A DNA stretch of 64,000 nucleotides from Octopus vulgaris (lineage: Eukaryota). Below the pieces are notes generated by a model. That model was not told where the DNA came from and ran no database searches. It was given only the letters and a program-made list of their open reading frames with translations. Within the stretch, counting starts at the first letter, position 1. Every line of letters starts with the position of its first letter. Made by a program: the position numbers and the translations under genes. Below, one piece after another: positions 40,288-54,666 of the stretch. The stretch covers positions 36,580,001-36,644,000 of the forward strand of contig OX597821.1 of NCBI GenBank assembly GCA_951406725.2, written 5' to 3'.

Positions 40288-41290
40288 TGAAAGCAACGCA
40301 CTGCAAACACAAAGGTATCACACAGTATTGACTTACAAACTTTTAATATACTTGGTAGTATATTATGGTTCCAAAACGAAATATGGTGTCCGTACCAGCA
40401 TTTAAAACAAATCATTATACGAGAAAGAAATATTGGCTTCAAATAGCGTTACAAGGGCAGCAATTTCGAATGGACGGCAATAGTCGGTTACATTGGCCCC
40501 AGTGCCTAAAATGGTATTTATTTTATCGACCTGGAAAAGATGAAAGACATTTGGTGTCATTTGAACTTAGAACGAAAAAGACGGAAGAAATGTCGCAAAC
40601 TATTTTGTCCGATTTGTTAATGAGTCAGCCAGCTCACTGCCTCAGAAATAAGGGATATTAAATTTCATTTATATGCTGAAATATGGAAATGGACCAACAA
40701 AAGAGCATCTATGTGGTCGTGCAATTTGCTTGAAATAGGAGTTAAATCTCTTACAAATCTCAGCCAACTTTTTTTTTCTTTTTCTTTTAAAGAAAACACA
40801 TAGTATGGTATTGTTTTAGAAATGCTATAGATAATTTTTTTTTAAATAGGTACTGAACGCTGTACACAAAATTCTTAAGAAGTTAAATTTTTTATTAGCT
40901 GGAGAAAGAAACCAAAAACTTAACAGCAAATATATAGGGAGCCTGAAAGAAAAGGAAAGATAATTTTGAGAAATCAAAAAATCCTCCCTTACAGCCCCAT
41001 CACCATCATCATCATTATCAACAACAGCAACAACAACAACAGCAATAACAACAACAACAACAGCAATAACAACATCATCATCATCATCATCATCATCATC
41101 GTCGTCGTCGTCGTCGTCGTCGCTTTCTTCTTTTTTCTTCTTTTCTCCTTCTTCTTTTTCTACTACTACTACTACTACTACCACTATTGTGATAATCAAA
41201 AATGCAGCTGTTACTACTACTGCTGCTATTACTTTATCTTTTCTTTATTATTTCACTTCCTTTTTCTGTTCATCATCATCATAGCCGTTT

Positions 41291-41383
<93 letters not shown>

Positions 41384-41961
41384 TCTGTGTAGACCAATAG
41401 CAACTGTAGTGATGTTTCGGTTTATTGTCTAAATGTCTTCAAAAAGCCGAGATGGTCGAATGACTTTTGTTTACAGGTATACTCATTTAGTGCCATCTGT
41501 GGACTATATGACAAAAACAACAATATAGTTGTTATCGAAGAATTCGTATCAATTTCAACAATGGAACTGAAACGGGTGGTACATTTTTTAAGCATTACAT
41601 CACGTTCAAGGGAAAATAATGAATTTTTTTTTTGAGAATTCGTAAAAATATACCCAATGTTACACGGTAATTGCCTCACTGCTGACCTGTTTATTCTCAT
41701 GCTCAAAAGAAATACTCGCCAGGGAACCAAAATTATTTGAAATATTGAATCTACTGGATATTGAGAAGATCTGAACAGAAGAACGATCTAAAAAAAATGT
41801 TATAAAAAAAACAAAGAAAAGAAAAGAAAACTGGAGCTAAACGTATCCGATCAACATAAATTGATGATACAAAATCATTTTCATTGAACAGATAATTCAA
41901 AAACAAGTTATTTTATTCAGCTTGGCAGACATAGAAGTGAGGACGATTCTCATCAAATTTC

Positions 41962-42379
41962 GGATCTTTTCGGTTTGAACGGCAGTTTTTAAACATAATT
42001 TCTAGGTAACTAAAAAATTTTAAACTTAGTATACTGGTAGAATGTGTTTATAAAACATCTTTTTCTCTCGGCTTTATTGAGAAAATTCTATAGTTTGTAA
42101 GATATTTGTAGTTTTTTTTTCTTCAATTTCTGCAATTTCAACCAATCAATGACGTCCATTGAGGCAAATAACATTCTGTGCCGTATGAATATGTCCCTCG
42201 TTTAAGAAACAGATTGTGTTTATTTACATTTGTGAAGAAAAAAGATACCCTTCCCCCCACCCCTAACCCTAACCCTAAAACAGATTGAAATGCAATAGAT
42301 CGATACTAGGGTCATAATTATGGGTGACAATTTCATATGACACCGCTAGAAAAAACTGCCGTTCAAACCGAAAAGATCC
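41962..42379 (+). mobile_element. 418-bp Merlin-like MITE, copy 2
   Basis: Same TIRs; TSD CAAATTTC (41954-41961, 42380-42387); internal (CCCTAA)3. Confidence 0.92.
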
Positions 42380-43036
42380 CAAATTTCTTCTGAGATTGAG
42401 GGACAAACGGCAACCGAGATCTGTGAAAGAGTTGAGCTCGTTTCTGAACAGAAACAGATGTGAAATGATGATCTGTTACTTCTAAATCTCAGATATCGCG
42501 GAGAAAGATCGGGACACAAGAGAGAGACAGAGAATGAAAGAGAAAGAGGGATTAGAGTTATGACGTTATGATCAAAGGTTTTGTATCCATTGAAGTTTGT
42601 CATAAAGTTGCAATCAAACACTAAAAGACATTTATAAATATATTGCCTTCTCCCAACCCTAGAAGAAGAAGAAGAAGAAGAAGAAGAAGAAGAAGAAGAA
42701 GAAGAAGAAGAAGAAGCGGAGGAGGAGGAGAAGGAAGAGGAAGGAGGAGGAGGGGGGAGGGCGTAGGGCGTAGGAGGAGGAGGAGGGGAGAGTAAAGAAG
42801 AAGAAGAAGGAGGAGGAGGAGGAGGAGGGGGAGTAAAGAATAATAATAACAAGAAGAAGAAGGAAGAGGAGGAGGAGGAGAGGAGGAGTAAAGAATAATA
42901 ATAAGAAGAAGAAGAAGAAGAAGAAGCGGAGGAGGAGGAGGAGGAGGAGGAGGAAAGAATAATAATAAGAAGGAAGAGAAGGAGGAGGAGGGGTAGTAAA
43001 GAATAATAATAATAATGATAATAATAATAATAATAA

Positions 43037-43067
<31 letters not shown>

Positions 43068-44920
43068 AAGAAGAAGAAGAAGAAGAAGAAGAAGAAGAAG
43101 AAGAAGAAGGGTCTTAAAAAGGAAAATGCAAAAGTAGAGAGCCGTATAACTTCCATGTCGATATTGTCAAAATATCGTGGCGTTTTATCTGATTACTCCG
43201 TGAAATGTTTTGGCTATTTTATTTTTCCCTTTTTATAAACAACTAATAAGTTTGTCTACTGGCTATTTAAGGGAGTAGTGGAGTATTGAATGTTGGGTTC
43301 ATGCTTCTTATGATAAAATGGGCTCACACTATAGAATAAAATATTGATTCCTGCTTCAAAAGACTTCCTTTACTATTCTTAGTATATTCGACAAGGTTTA
43401 ATTTCCATTCTTATAATAATGATTATATCTGAAAATCTTGCCTTTTAGGAATAGTTAGAAAAGAGATAAATATGATTTAGTGAAGCTGGTGTGTAAAGGT
43501 GAAATCCAATGATTTATATATTTGAGACAGGATTGTATGAAACAGCACTAAGGTCAGAGTTGGCATCTGTAACTGAGATACGAACTCAACTTTTTACGCG
43601 ATACGTCAGTTGTAATGTCTTTGGTTCGCAAACAGTAATAAATAACTTAGGCCTCAGAATAAGGCCTAGGACTCCTAGGGCTGGTTACCCAGTTTCTATA
43701 GAGTATAAGTGGCTGAGATTACAACTTCCCCTCTGAACGAACCGTCACAGGACTATTCATTTACAGCTGAATAGACTAGGACAACGTGAATTGAAGTGTC
43801 TTGTTCGAGAATACAAGACACCATCTGTTCCAGAATTCGAAACCCCGACCTTGCGATCGTGAGTACAACACCTTAACCATCAGGCCTCGCGACTTCACAT
43901 TAGCACTCTGAGATGAAAATATCGTGGTTATGGATAAGTTTATAATCTATCTATCTATAGACTACTAAAACTTTGTGATTGCTTGCTTGCTTGCTTACGT
44001 GTTTGCGTGTGTGTTTGTGTGCTTGTCTGTAATTTAATACAGCCAAACCAGTGCATAATAGAAAAATACTCTGAAAGTAAGTTACTCCTGAAACGTGAAT
44101 ACAAACAGTATAAAGCAAATTTTGCGTAAATCGGACCACGGATTCCTGAGATACACTGTTTTGGGGAGTACCTTCATAAATACTCCAAAAGTAACATAAC
44201 CTTGAAATGGGAATATTCAATACTGGAAAATTGTTTCCATTAATTTTATGTTTACGATATATAACAATTCTTTTTGTATTTTTGTAGACGTGTACACATA
44301 TGTCATAAATAAGCGACGTTACTGGCGTTCAAGTTTATCCCGGAAGTTCTATTTCTATTAGATTCTGTAAATAATCAATAAAACCTTAAACATCAACTTG
44401 TAAACCAGACCTATGATGACACGAACGAATTGAAATATTTAACTGAATCATCATAAAATTAACTTCCATTTCAATGCAATGTTGAAATCAGTTTCAATGT
44501 TTTTTTTAACCTGAACTGTCAGTGACCCAACAGGTCATGGGTAGTCTAGTTAACACTAAACCTTTATGGAAAGTGTAAAAGATATAAAATGAAAAGAACA
44601 AAAGAAAATTAAAATATTTCCTCTTCGGTCGAATAGTATTAAATGTTTTGTGGTTTGTGGGTTATAGCGGAAGGGGAACTTCCCGTAACTTACTGGTGAG
44701 GTCGAATCTGTTAAAGATACTTATTCACCGATAGTTAATAGCTTATAGTAATAAAAATTATTTATCGAATTCAGTATCTACCAATAAAATGATGACAAAC
44801 CCACTGCTAGAACTCGAACTATTTACCAATGTTACAATTAATGCAGTATAAATGAAAATGCAGAGTTCTTTCTCCCCGTTTCTGATTTTATGCCACTTTC
44901 ACTGACACCAATTTCTCACC

Positions 44921-44973
<53 letters not shown>

Positions 44974-45047
44974 CACACACACGCACACTCTCTTGTCATC
45001 TGTATTATGTCCATCCTACTGGATTCTGCACTAAGCACTACACTCAG

Positions 45048-45103
<56 letters not shown>

Positions 45104-46058
45104 AGAACATCATCCGTCTCGAATTCCTACCGGTTCATTTTTTTTATTGCCGTTGATTTGCAAACGTTTGAGGACGTCAACCAGGCTGACCATACTGGTT
45201 TAAGAGGGTCTGCAAAGGCACCGGTCACAACGCCTTCCTACTATCGAAACTGATAAGAGAAAAACACAATAAAAAAATATAATTAAATTAGACATATTTC
45301 TGCGATATCCGTTTTCCTCTATACACGAATCCCATAGCGCAGGATTACATATTCGGACTGTTACCTAATATTCTGTTGAACCCTTAGTGCGAAACCCATC
45401 GTAATCGATATATGATATTGTACTGTTCCGTTATTGGTAAGATTAAAAAAATGTACTCCATTCAGCGAAAGACAAACAGCGTTTAATCATTTTGAGCTTG
45501 GAGGATTGGATTACAGGATGGACACATGACACAAGTTCATTCGATTACTGTTCTATGGGAGTATAAAACTTGTAGCATTTTGAGAACAATACTCTGAAAT
45601 CTTATTATATGGAAATTGAAATGACTAAGATGGCTCACCAGGATTTTACATCCTGCTCAAAAGTACATACCATCTACCTTTATAGTAAATTAATGCAATT
45701 AACGTACAATAACTTTTTTTGCATTCCTAAAATGTGACAGAACAAACCACCATACCCACTTGGTGGTCTCGAAAGTTAGATGTCATTTTCACATGACAAA
45801 CTAAAGTTCAGAAGTATTAAATCAGCAGGGTATCTTAGCACTGTTTTCCCCTTTTAACACGTCTCAGCCTAGATTCCACTGGTCCTTGAATTGACTGTTG
45901 ACGATAACACTTTGACAGCAGTGTTGTTGGAACGTACTAGCAATTATCTGAAATATGAATATGCTTCTCTAACAATCTAACGATCGATCGCAATGGCGTG
46001 AAACTCGAGTCGCGATACAGACTCTCAGCTTCAGATTTAATAAAAAAAAAATGCGAGG

Positions 46059-46109
<51 letters not shown>

Positions 46110-46982
46110 TGTGTGTGTCCTTGTGTGTGAGTAGGTGTCTTTATGTTTGTTTCCCTAGAGGTTGACTACCATTGTTGGTTTGGTTATGTTCCCATAGCAG
46201 TTCGGTAAAGGGCTGATAGAATAAGTACTAGACTTTAAAAAAAATATTAGGAGCAATTTGATCGCCTAAACTTTTCAAAGAGATGTCTAGCGTGGTCAAA
46301 GCCCAATGAGTGAAATAATAGAAAAAAGAAAATAAGATGTTGATTGTCAAAATCGTTTGACCTCGGACAAAACATTCAGTATGTAATTACGGCTCTTCTC
46401 ATCTTGATATGCTCTTTGCTTTTGATTTCTCAAGTGTCTATAAAATAACGACTTTTCGACTATTGCAGTTGGTATGTTAGTCTGTTCCCCATGGAATGAT
46501 CGTTAAGCTATTGTTCATTTATCCGCACAAGAGCGACATAGGAGACTGAGATCTTTGCTGATAAATCATTAGTATGTTATAGCTGCTTTTTAGTTTAAGC
46601 CTACTAATTTAAACGGTCGCAGTTTGGTATGACCCTTTGGTGTAGTGACTGATAGCACAGCCATAAAATTTACATGATACGTATGCGTAAATGAGATTGC
46701 AGCCTCACCAACAGTCAATATATTTAAGCTAATTATGCACGTTACCTACATAGAAAGCCCAGTTTTTTTTTCCTTTCTCTATCGCTGATTCTTTAAACTA
46801 CTAGGATCTATGTGTTCGTAATTTATAGGGGTTATACCAGGCATCTATCTGTGTCTCATTCATGTCACCAAAGGGATCACGCACAATTCTCTAGCCCACA
46901 AGCATTATAGAATGTATAAAGTTGCTTTTTCATTAGAAACAAAGATGATAAATTTTTCGGGAAATGGGAAAATGAAGATTCA

Positions 46983-47524
46983 TACTCTTTTACTTGTTTC
47001 AGTCATTTGAGCAAATCGACCCCAGGACTTATTCTTTGGAAGCCTAGTACTTATTCTATCGGTCTCTTTTGCCGAACTGCTAAGTTAAGGGGACGTAACA
47101 CACCAGCATCAGTTGTCAAGCGATGTTGGGGAGACAAACACAGACACACAAACGTGTATACACACACGTGTTCTGTCCTCACCTTCGAAACGCGCTGGAG
47201 TTGAACTAGGGACAGCTGATGAAAGGGATTTTTCCTTGTGTAGTTGTCTTGTACTCTGTTTTTTCGTTGTTAAAAAAATGGTCCGTTCCATGCTGTTTTT
47301 ACGTTTTCGTTTCTCGTTGAGTTCTACGTCTATTTGTGGTGTCCTGTACACACGTATATATATTTATATATGCATGTATATATACATGTAGATGTAGGTA
47401 CGTACATATATGTTTGTATGTATGCATATATTTTATTTATTACACTATTGTATGACTGAGCACCTTCGCGTTGATTCGATTCGATTCGTTTGGTTTCGTT
47501 TCGTTTCTTCTTCTTTTCTAAGCT

Positions 47525-47578
<54 letters not shown>

Positions 47579-47753
47579 TTTATATATATACGACAGGCTT
47601 CTTTCAGTTTCCGTCTACCAAATCCACTCACAAGGCTTTGATCGGCCCGAGGCTATAGTAGAAGACACTTGCCCAAGGTGCCATGCAGTGGGACTGAACT
47701 CGGAACCATGTGGTTGGTAAGCAAGCTACTTACCACACAGCCACTCCTACGCC
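46983..47753 (-). mobile_element. SINE family A interrupted in its internal microsatellite by another repeat (47165-47480)
   Basis: Tail/body at 46983-47160 and head at 47585-47753; the insert is homologous to 2050-2300. Confidence 0.8.
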
Positions 47754-48434
47754 ATGATGTTTTTTTTTAAAGTTTGACTGTGTACACCTATGACAACCCC
47801 AACCTACTTTCAGGAATAGCATATCTAGGACTATATTGTTCAATGTGTTCCTCCCATTTTGACTTGTATAATTTGAGTGGGATTTAGCTGCTTTTTCTAG
47901 CATATCGAACGAGCGATTACGTAGAGGCTGGCCACGATTCCGCCTCTCTCTCTCTCTTTCTCTATCTCTTTCTTTCCTTCTCTCTCTGTCTCTTGAATTT
48001 TCTATCTCCCTACTTATCTTTCTCTCTCTCTCTTTCTATCTATCTTTCTCTCCGTCTCTCCGTCTCTCGTTCTCTCCTTTTCTCTCTCTCTCCCCAGTGT
48101 TTGTATATTACATACATTACTTACGTAACTACATACAATGAATAAGAAAGAGATTAAATGCAGTATAATAATAGTCGTTTCAATTGTTGTATATTATTCA
48201 ATCACCAGTTACGCTTGACTATCCCCAGCAATGACTATCATATCCTATTTTTAGACATAGTATTTCCAAGACAATAATATTTGACATATCTTCCTATGAT
48301 TAAGATGGCATGGTATGATTCTATGGAGGTTTGGCTTTTATTTCTAACAGGTCGAGCACCCGCGTTAATGTTCACACTTCGGTACCTACCCTAAAGTCTA
48401 TGAAACGAAAGTTGTTGATATTATTATTAGTACA

Positions 48435-48990
48435 GAGAATCATTAGCACGCGAGACTAAATGCTTAGCGGTATTTCGTCTGTCTTTACGCTCCGAGTTCA
48501 AATTCCACCGAGGTCGACTTTGCCTTTCTTCCTTTCGGGGTCGATAAATTAAGTACCAGTTTCGTACTGGGTCGATGTAATCGACTGACCCCCTCCCCCT
48601 AAATTTCGAGCCTTGTACCTAGCGTAGAAAAGGGTATTTCATCCGTCTTTAAATTTTGAGTAAAGACTCTGCCGAGGTCAATTTTGCCTATCCTCATTTT
48701 GTAGCCGATGAAATAAGTACCAGTTGAACACTGGGACCGATGCAATCAGCTGCACGTTCCCCAAACCTTTCAGTTTTTCCGCTTATTGTAAAAAGGATTG
48801 CTATTATTACTGTTGTTGTAAAGGTGTCAACAGTATCAGCGGATTAAATGCCTTTTAGCATTTGTCTATTTCATTTCTGACTTCAAATACCGCTAAAGTT
48901 GGCCTTACGTTTCATCTTTCCGAGATTGATAAAACAACTACCAGTCATGTACTGACGTAGATATATAATTGATTGCTCTCTCTTCCAAAA
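48435..48990 (+). mobile_element. SINE family B with successive decayed tandem bodies
   Basis: Best copy at 48435-48635, followed by two degenerate repeats of the GAGGTC.A.TTTGCCT..AAGTACCAG body. Confidence 0.75.
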
Positions 48991-49764
48991 TTTTGGTCTT
49001 GTTCATGTAATAAGTATTTCTTTTTCCTCTTTTTAAAACATGAAGCTTTGTGGTTACGTTAGGGATCAAGGTACTGGATGCCAAACTTAGCAGATTTTTT
49101 GATTTCTGAAAGTCTTCAAGCTGGCGACCGTACCTCTGCGAGATTACTCGACCCACTATAAATCACACCCTACAGCCTCCCTAAAATCACATCTTGCAAG
49201 CTTAAAAAAATACACACAGGATAATGTCGTCTTGGATTCCTTGAACATAGAAAATAAATGAAATAATCATGAATGGAGTACTTTTCTTTATGGGCTCGAT
49301 TTAGGTTGGCCTCGAATCAAAAAACAATTAAAAGCCTTTCCTCATTTACTTCTGTCTTCTTTATCATTGGCGTCTTTATATAAATTGTAGTCTTTGATTT
49401 ATAAAAACTGTAGTCTTGGATTTATATTTGAAATTAATCCATTTTCAAAGCATTTGGGTAGAAGAACGAATAGTGTGAAACAGGAGTTCCCAATCACCAG
49501 ACTGCTGGGAAAAAATAATTTTTAAATTTTGAGTTGTATATATATTACATTGTAATAACCGTAGAAACAAGCGCACTACGTAACAATAGGGCCGTGAGCT
49601 GGCGGAATCGTTAGCACACCGAGTGAACTGCTTGGCGGCGTTTAGTCCGTCTTTACAGTCTGAGTTCAAATTCTTCTGGAGTAGTCTTTGCTTTTCGTCT
49701 TTTGGGGTTGCTAGCTGAGCACTGTGGTCAATGCAATGACTTAACCTTTCCAAAAATTGCTGAA

Positions 49765-49976
49765 TTTACTCTTTACTCTTTTACTTGTTTCAGTCATTTG
49801 ACTGCGGCCGTGCTGGACTACCGCCATTAGTCGAGCAAATCGACCCCAGGACTTATTCTTTGTGGGCGTAGTACTTATTCTATCGGTCTCTTTTGCCGAA
49901 CCGCTAAGTTACGGGACGTAAATACATCAGCATCGGTTGTCAAGCGATGTTTGGGGACAAACACAGACACACAAAC

Positions 49977-50041
<65 letters not shown>

Positions 50042-50313
50042 CATATATATACATATATATATTTATATATATACATACATATATGTATATATATATACAT
50101 ACTCACACACACACACACACACATACATACATACATATATATATATATGCGACGGGCTTCTTTCAGTTTCCGTCTACCAAATCCACTCACAAGGGTTTGG
50201 CTGTCCCGTGGCTATAGTGGAAGACACTTGCCCAAGTTGCCACGCAGTGGGACTGAACCCAGAACCATGTCGTTGGTAAGCAAGCTACTTACCACACAGC
50301 CACTCCTACGCCT
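49765..50313 (-). mobile_element. SINE family A, full length
   Basis: Complete tail, body, long internal (TA)n/(CA)n and head ending CACAGCCACTCCTACGCC. Confidence 0.88.
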
Positions 50314-50404
50314 TGTTCAAAAATTTGAAATTTATATAAATCTATAATATATGTAATAATTAAATTATTTATTATGTACTCTATCGTTTTGTTATGTGCG
50401 TGCT

Positions 50405-50460
50405 TCCCCCGGTCCGTGGAAAATCTGTCTTACATGAAATAGGTCCGTGGTGCAAAACAG
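50405..50460 (+). mobile_element. Possible hAT-Charlie (MER1-like) subterminal fragment
   Basis: CCCCCGGTCCGTGGAAAATCTGTCTTACATGAAATAGGTCCGTGGTGCAAAA resembles the MER1-type end motif (recalled, not searched). Confidence 0.4.
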
Positions 50461-50712
50461 TATAGAACACAAAATTTAGTTTCATGCCTTCCCCCTCACC
50501 CCGACCACTTTATGTCTTAAATTAATATCCCATGATGTCGCTTTAACCTTTTATCGTTTAATGAACGATAAAAGGAAATATTTGCCAAGTACAAGGAAAA
50601 GAGGTAAATTAAATTGAATTATTCTTCTACTGACTAAAAATAAAATTGATACACTTGTGTCTATTTCAGAAATTAATTACCGCTGGAAATATTCTTTAGG
50701 TATTAGAATAAG

Positions 50713-50930
50713 GGTGGAAGCACATGGCTTAGTGGTTAGGGTGTTGGAATCATGGGCCGGGCGACGCGTTGTGTTCTTGAGTAAAACACTTCATTTCACG
50801 TTGCTCCAGTCCACTCAGCTGGCAAAAGTGAGTAATCCGGCGATGGACCAGCGTCTCGTCCAGGTGGGGTAATACATACGCCATGGCAACCGGGAATATG
50901 GCCCTATGAGTTAATATGACTCGGGGAAGG
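50713..50930 (+). mobile_element. SINE family D copy
   Basis: TGGCTTAGTGGTTAGGGTG head, CORE-like body and decayed tail 1. Further decayed D-like copies at ~27082-27250, ~43665-43900(-) and ~62410-62690. Confidence 0.75.
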
Positions 50931-51936
50931 AACTATCAGAATAATGAGAAGATCGTGGTACTTAGTTGCACTACTTTGAGTTCTGAGTTCGAATTTCTTG
51001 GCGTTTGGCTTTTTTTATTTCATCATTTGGGGAAGCCAAAAGGAAAAACACAAAGTAGTCCCAGTCAAGTACTGGAATCGATTTAATCGACTACACACAC
51101 ATACATCTGCCCCACTCTACTCCCAACCCTTCGAAAAATGTGTGGCCTTGTGCCAAAATTAGTGACTACTATTTGTATTATTGTATTTGTTATTTCTCAC
51201 TCGTTATTTTCTGGGTGTAACAAGGAAATAAACTAGAGTAAAAAATAAATAAATAAATTTAAAAAAAAAGAAAAGAAAATGTTGAAGAAGAAAGAGTGAA
51301 AAGCTTTTTTTTTTTATATATATATTTTCGTTTACTTGTTTTGCCTGCTAGTTGTTTTTATGTATTTATTTTAAATACAATTTAAAAAGAGAAAGGAAGA
51401 GAATTTCACGCTAGCTGTGTCTTTGACGTTTAATGTAGCTCAACTTTCAGGTGTCAATTATTAAGGTAGATAGAACCGTGGGAACCACTCCTGTTGAACC
51501 AGCATCTAGCCTCGTAACTGCGCCTGACTTGTCCTGCTTAGCTAATTTATGGGAAAGTTTTTCAGTCTCTTCGGCTTAAGTCTTGCTGTTTGTTATTGCT
51601 CATGTTATTGTGTTTGTTGGTTGGTGGTGTTATTTTTATTTTCGTATTCTTATCGCTGTAGCAGCTCTTCTTGTTCTTCTTATTACTGTTTGCTGCCATT
51701 GTTACTTTTGTTGATGTCACCGTTGTTGTTGTTGTTGTTGTTGTTGTTGTCGTCGTCCTTACATTCGTTGCTTGTTGTTGATAGTATTCTTGTTCTCGTT
51801 CGTGTTGTAAACAGTTTTGAGGTATACGGAGATACAAGATTTGTGAAATCTCGTATCTCTGCCGTAAGGCTTCATTTCCACACACGCCAGCTTAACTCAA
51901 TTCGTCCCCAGTCGAAAGACACCTGTTGTTATATTC

Positions 51937-51974
<38 letters not shown>

Positions 51975-51975
<1 letters not shown>

Positions 51976-52382
51976 GTGGCTGTGTTGTAAGTAGCTTGCT
52001 TACCAACCACATGGTTCCGGGTTCAGTCCCACTGCGTGGCACCTTGGGCAAGTGTCTTCTACTATAGCCTCGGGCTAACCAAAGCTTTGTGAGTGAATCT
52101 GGTAGACGGAAACTGAAAGAAGTTTGTATGTATATATGTATATATATATGTGTATATATATATGTGTATGTGTGCGTGTATGCTTGTGTGTCTCTGTTTG
52201 TCCCCCTAGCATTGCTTGACAACCGATGCTGGTGTGTTTATGTCCTCGTCACTTAGCAGTTCGGCAAAAGGGACCGATAGAATAAGTACTGGACTTACAA
52301 AGACTAAGTCCTGGGGTCGATTTGCTCGAGTAAAGGCGTTGCTCCAGCATGGCCGCAGTCAAATGACTGAAACAAGTAAAAG

Positions 52383-52386
<4 letters not shown>
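51975..52386 (+). mobile_element. SINE family A inserted in (ATT)n
   Basis: GTGGCTGTGTTGTAAGTAGC head through CTGAAACAAGTAAAAGAG tail; (TTA)n on both sides. Confidence 0.88.
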
Positions 52387-52448
<62 letters not shown>

Positions 52449-53029
52449 TGTATTTCTGTAACACTGTCCGTTTTTTTCCGTCCTTGTTTTTGTATACATT
52501 CGCTGCTTTCTTCCAAGGAATCTAATGCTCTTAGCTTAGTTTTTCCTAGCAGCTGGCTAGATTGAAGCAATCTCAAGTATAATCATCCGAAATTGCGAGG
52601 ATAATCTGGTGCTTGACTGAGAAAATAAAACTTCTAATGACCCGCCCTTGTTACTTTGTATCGTCTATCTGGATGTTTTGTTGTCCCATTTTTGTATCAC
52701 CTAACTGATACTGAGAGGGGCTATATGTCATATTCCATTCAGTCTAAAACTTCTCTGCGGTGCACTTTCCCACGTCATCAATTGTTCCAGTTCGCACAAT
52801 AGCACAGTTCCGTAGGTTCTTTATTGTAGACTTTTCCTCCTTTACTTCCGAAATTGCTATATCTTCATTTGTTTTCCCTTCTGCCTTTGACTGTCACTCC
52901 ATAGAACCTACTTGTTTCTTATTGATTTGCGTCTATCATAGTATTTATCTAACCTTAGAGCTCTCCTTTCTGCAGTCGCCATCTTGCAAAATTTCCATTT
53001 ACTGTCAGTTTTCCCCTTGAGCTGGATAA

Positions 53030-53425
53030 ATAAATGTTTTCTTTTTCACATGTCTTTAACATTATGTAGACATCTTCTGTGCGACTGATTTCAGCTTTTG
53101 TGCATAGTTTCTTTTATCTGTCCCTGACAATTATCTCTCATGCATGCAATTTACTGAAGTTTTAGCAGGGATATCCCACCTGTATTCTTTCATATGCGCC
53201 GTTATGCTCCCCACCACATCATCCTAGCTTCTTTATGTTTGTCAGCTCGGGATTATCTTTTCTACGGATTTTGTTTTATAAGGTTCTAGCCACGACGTAT
53301 TATCTCATAATACCGTTATGACAATTTCGGACAACCACTTAATATGTCGGCGACATCATCAATGTTATTTCCGCACAGCCTGCATTAATTGTCACATCTA
53401 AGTCATGTACCTGCATCCCTAACCA
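53030..53425 (-). mobile_element. R4/Dong-like LINE fragment (zinc knuckle plus RLE), decayed
   Basis: Minus strand CRLCGNNIDDVADILSGCPKLS*RYY..VVARTL..KEYRWDIPAKTSV..CEKENIY; parallels the 10848-12230 element. Confidence 0.7.
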
Positions 53426-53583
53426 TGTTGTGGCATTTTGTGGTTATTTTCTATTCTCTCTCTTTCTATTTCTCTCTCTTCTCTCTCTCTCCCTCTCTCT
53501 CCCTCTCTCTTTCTCTCTCTTCTCTCTCTCCCTCTCTCTTTCTCTCTCAGTCTCTCTCACTTTTTCTCTATATATATATATTA

Positions 53584-53632
<49 letters not shown>

Positions 53633-53648
53633 CTATATATGTACAGAC

Positions 53649-53755
<107 letters not shown>

Positions 53756-53756
53756 C

Positions 53757-53850
<94 letters not shown>

Positions 53851-53919
53851 GAGTTCAAGATTCAAGAGAATCAGGTACTTGAACAGTAAAACACCGGGTC
53901 GGTGTATATATATATATGT

Positions 53920-53970
<51 letters not shown>

Positions 53971-53976
<6 letters not shown>

Positions 53977-54203
53977 TGGCCAGAAATCACCCGACAGTAA
54001 ATCAAAACCATTTAATTCCAAGATTTATTTATGTTTAACAACTGAGTGAATTTCATAAAAGCATCTAAATATGAAACATCATGAAAGTTGTTCAAACTGA
54101 AGTCCTTCTTGAGTGACATATTTTTCCATTCGAGTCAATACAGAATTACAGATAGTATTTATGGAATTTTGATCTACTGTCGGGTGACTTTTGGCCAACT
54201 CTG
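53971..54203. mobile_element. Tc1/mariner-type MITE with TA target
   Basis: TIRs AGGGTTGGCCAGAAATCACCCGACAGTA / TACTGTCGGGTGACTTTTGGCCAACTCTG|TA. Internal minus-strand RMEKYVTQEGLQFEQLS* resembles a transposase C-terminus. Confidence 0.85.
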
Positions 54204-54274
54204 TATATTTATAAGCGTTTATGTATGTATGTATGTATGTATGTATGTATGTATGTATGTATGTATGTATGCAT

Positions 54275-54666
54275 GTCTTGCTTTATGACTACAAAGATGA
54301 CTCTTGAGTCCAGCTTTACTGAGATAGGGTCAAGCACAGACACTGCATGTCAGCATCATAGGAAGATGAGTGACAACCTGGCCACTGGTGGTGGTGCAAC
54401 ACACCATACTAATCATATCTGTCGGGCATGTGGAAGAGAGTGTAATTCGGCAGGAGGACTTAAACGACATGCAAAAGTACATGAAGCCCAGTTACCATCC
54501 GGCTATTACCAGTAAAGGTTTTAGTTGTCAATTTTGTACAAGACATTGTAGATCTTTAGCTGGGCTAAAAAGTCACATTCGATCACAGCACCAGTAACAG
54601 TTAAGCTTTGCGCAATGGCCATACTCGATAACGAGGGGGCAGCCATCATGTATGTATGTATGTATG
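54275..54666 (+). mobile_element. RTE-group LINE 3' end with two C2H2 zinc fingers
   Basis: HICRACGRECNSAGGLKRHAKVH and, after a frameshift, FSCQFCTRHCRSLAGLKSHIRSQH*; 3' stem-loop ATGGC..CTCGataaCGAG..GCCAT (54615-54646); (TATG)n tail. Confidence 0.7.

Noticed and set aside
45975-46020. Hammerhead-like GAA-ACTCGAGT-C
   Set aside because: The upstream core is CTAACGA and no helix I pairing can be formed.
54225-54597. Host C2H2 zinc-finger gene exon
   Set aside because: No TGEKP linkers, the two fingers are in different frames, and a LINE-type stem-loop plus (TATG)n tail follows; better explained as an RTE 3' end.
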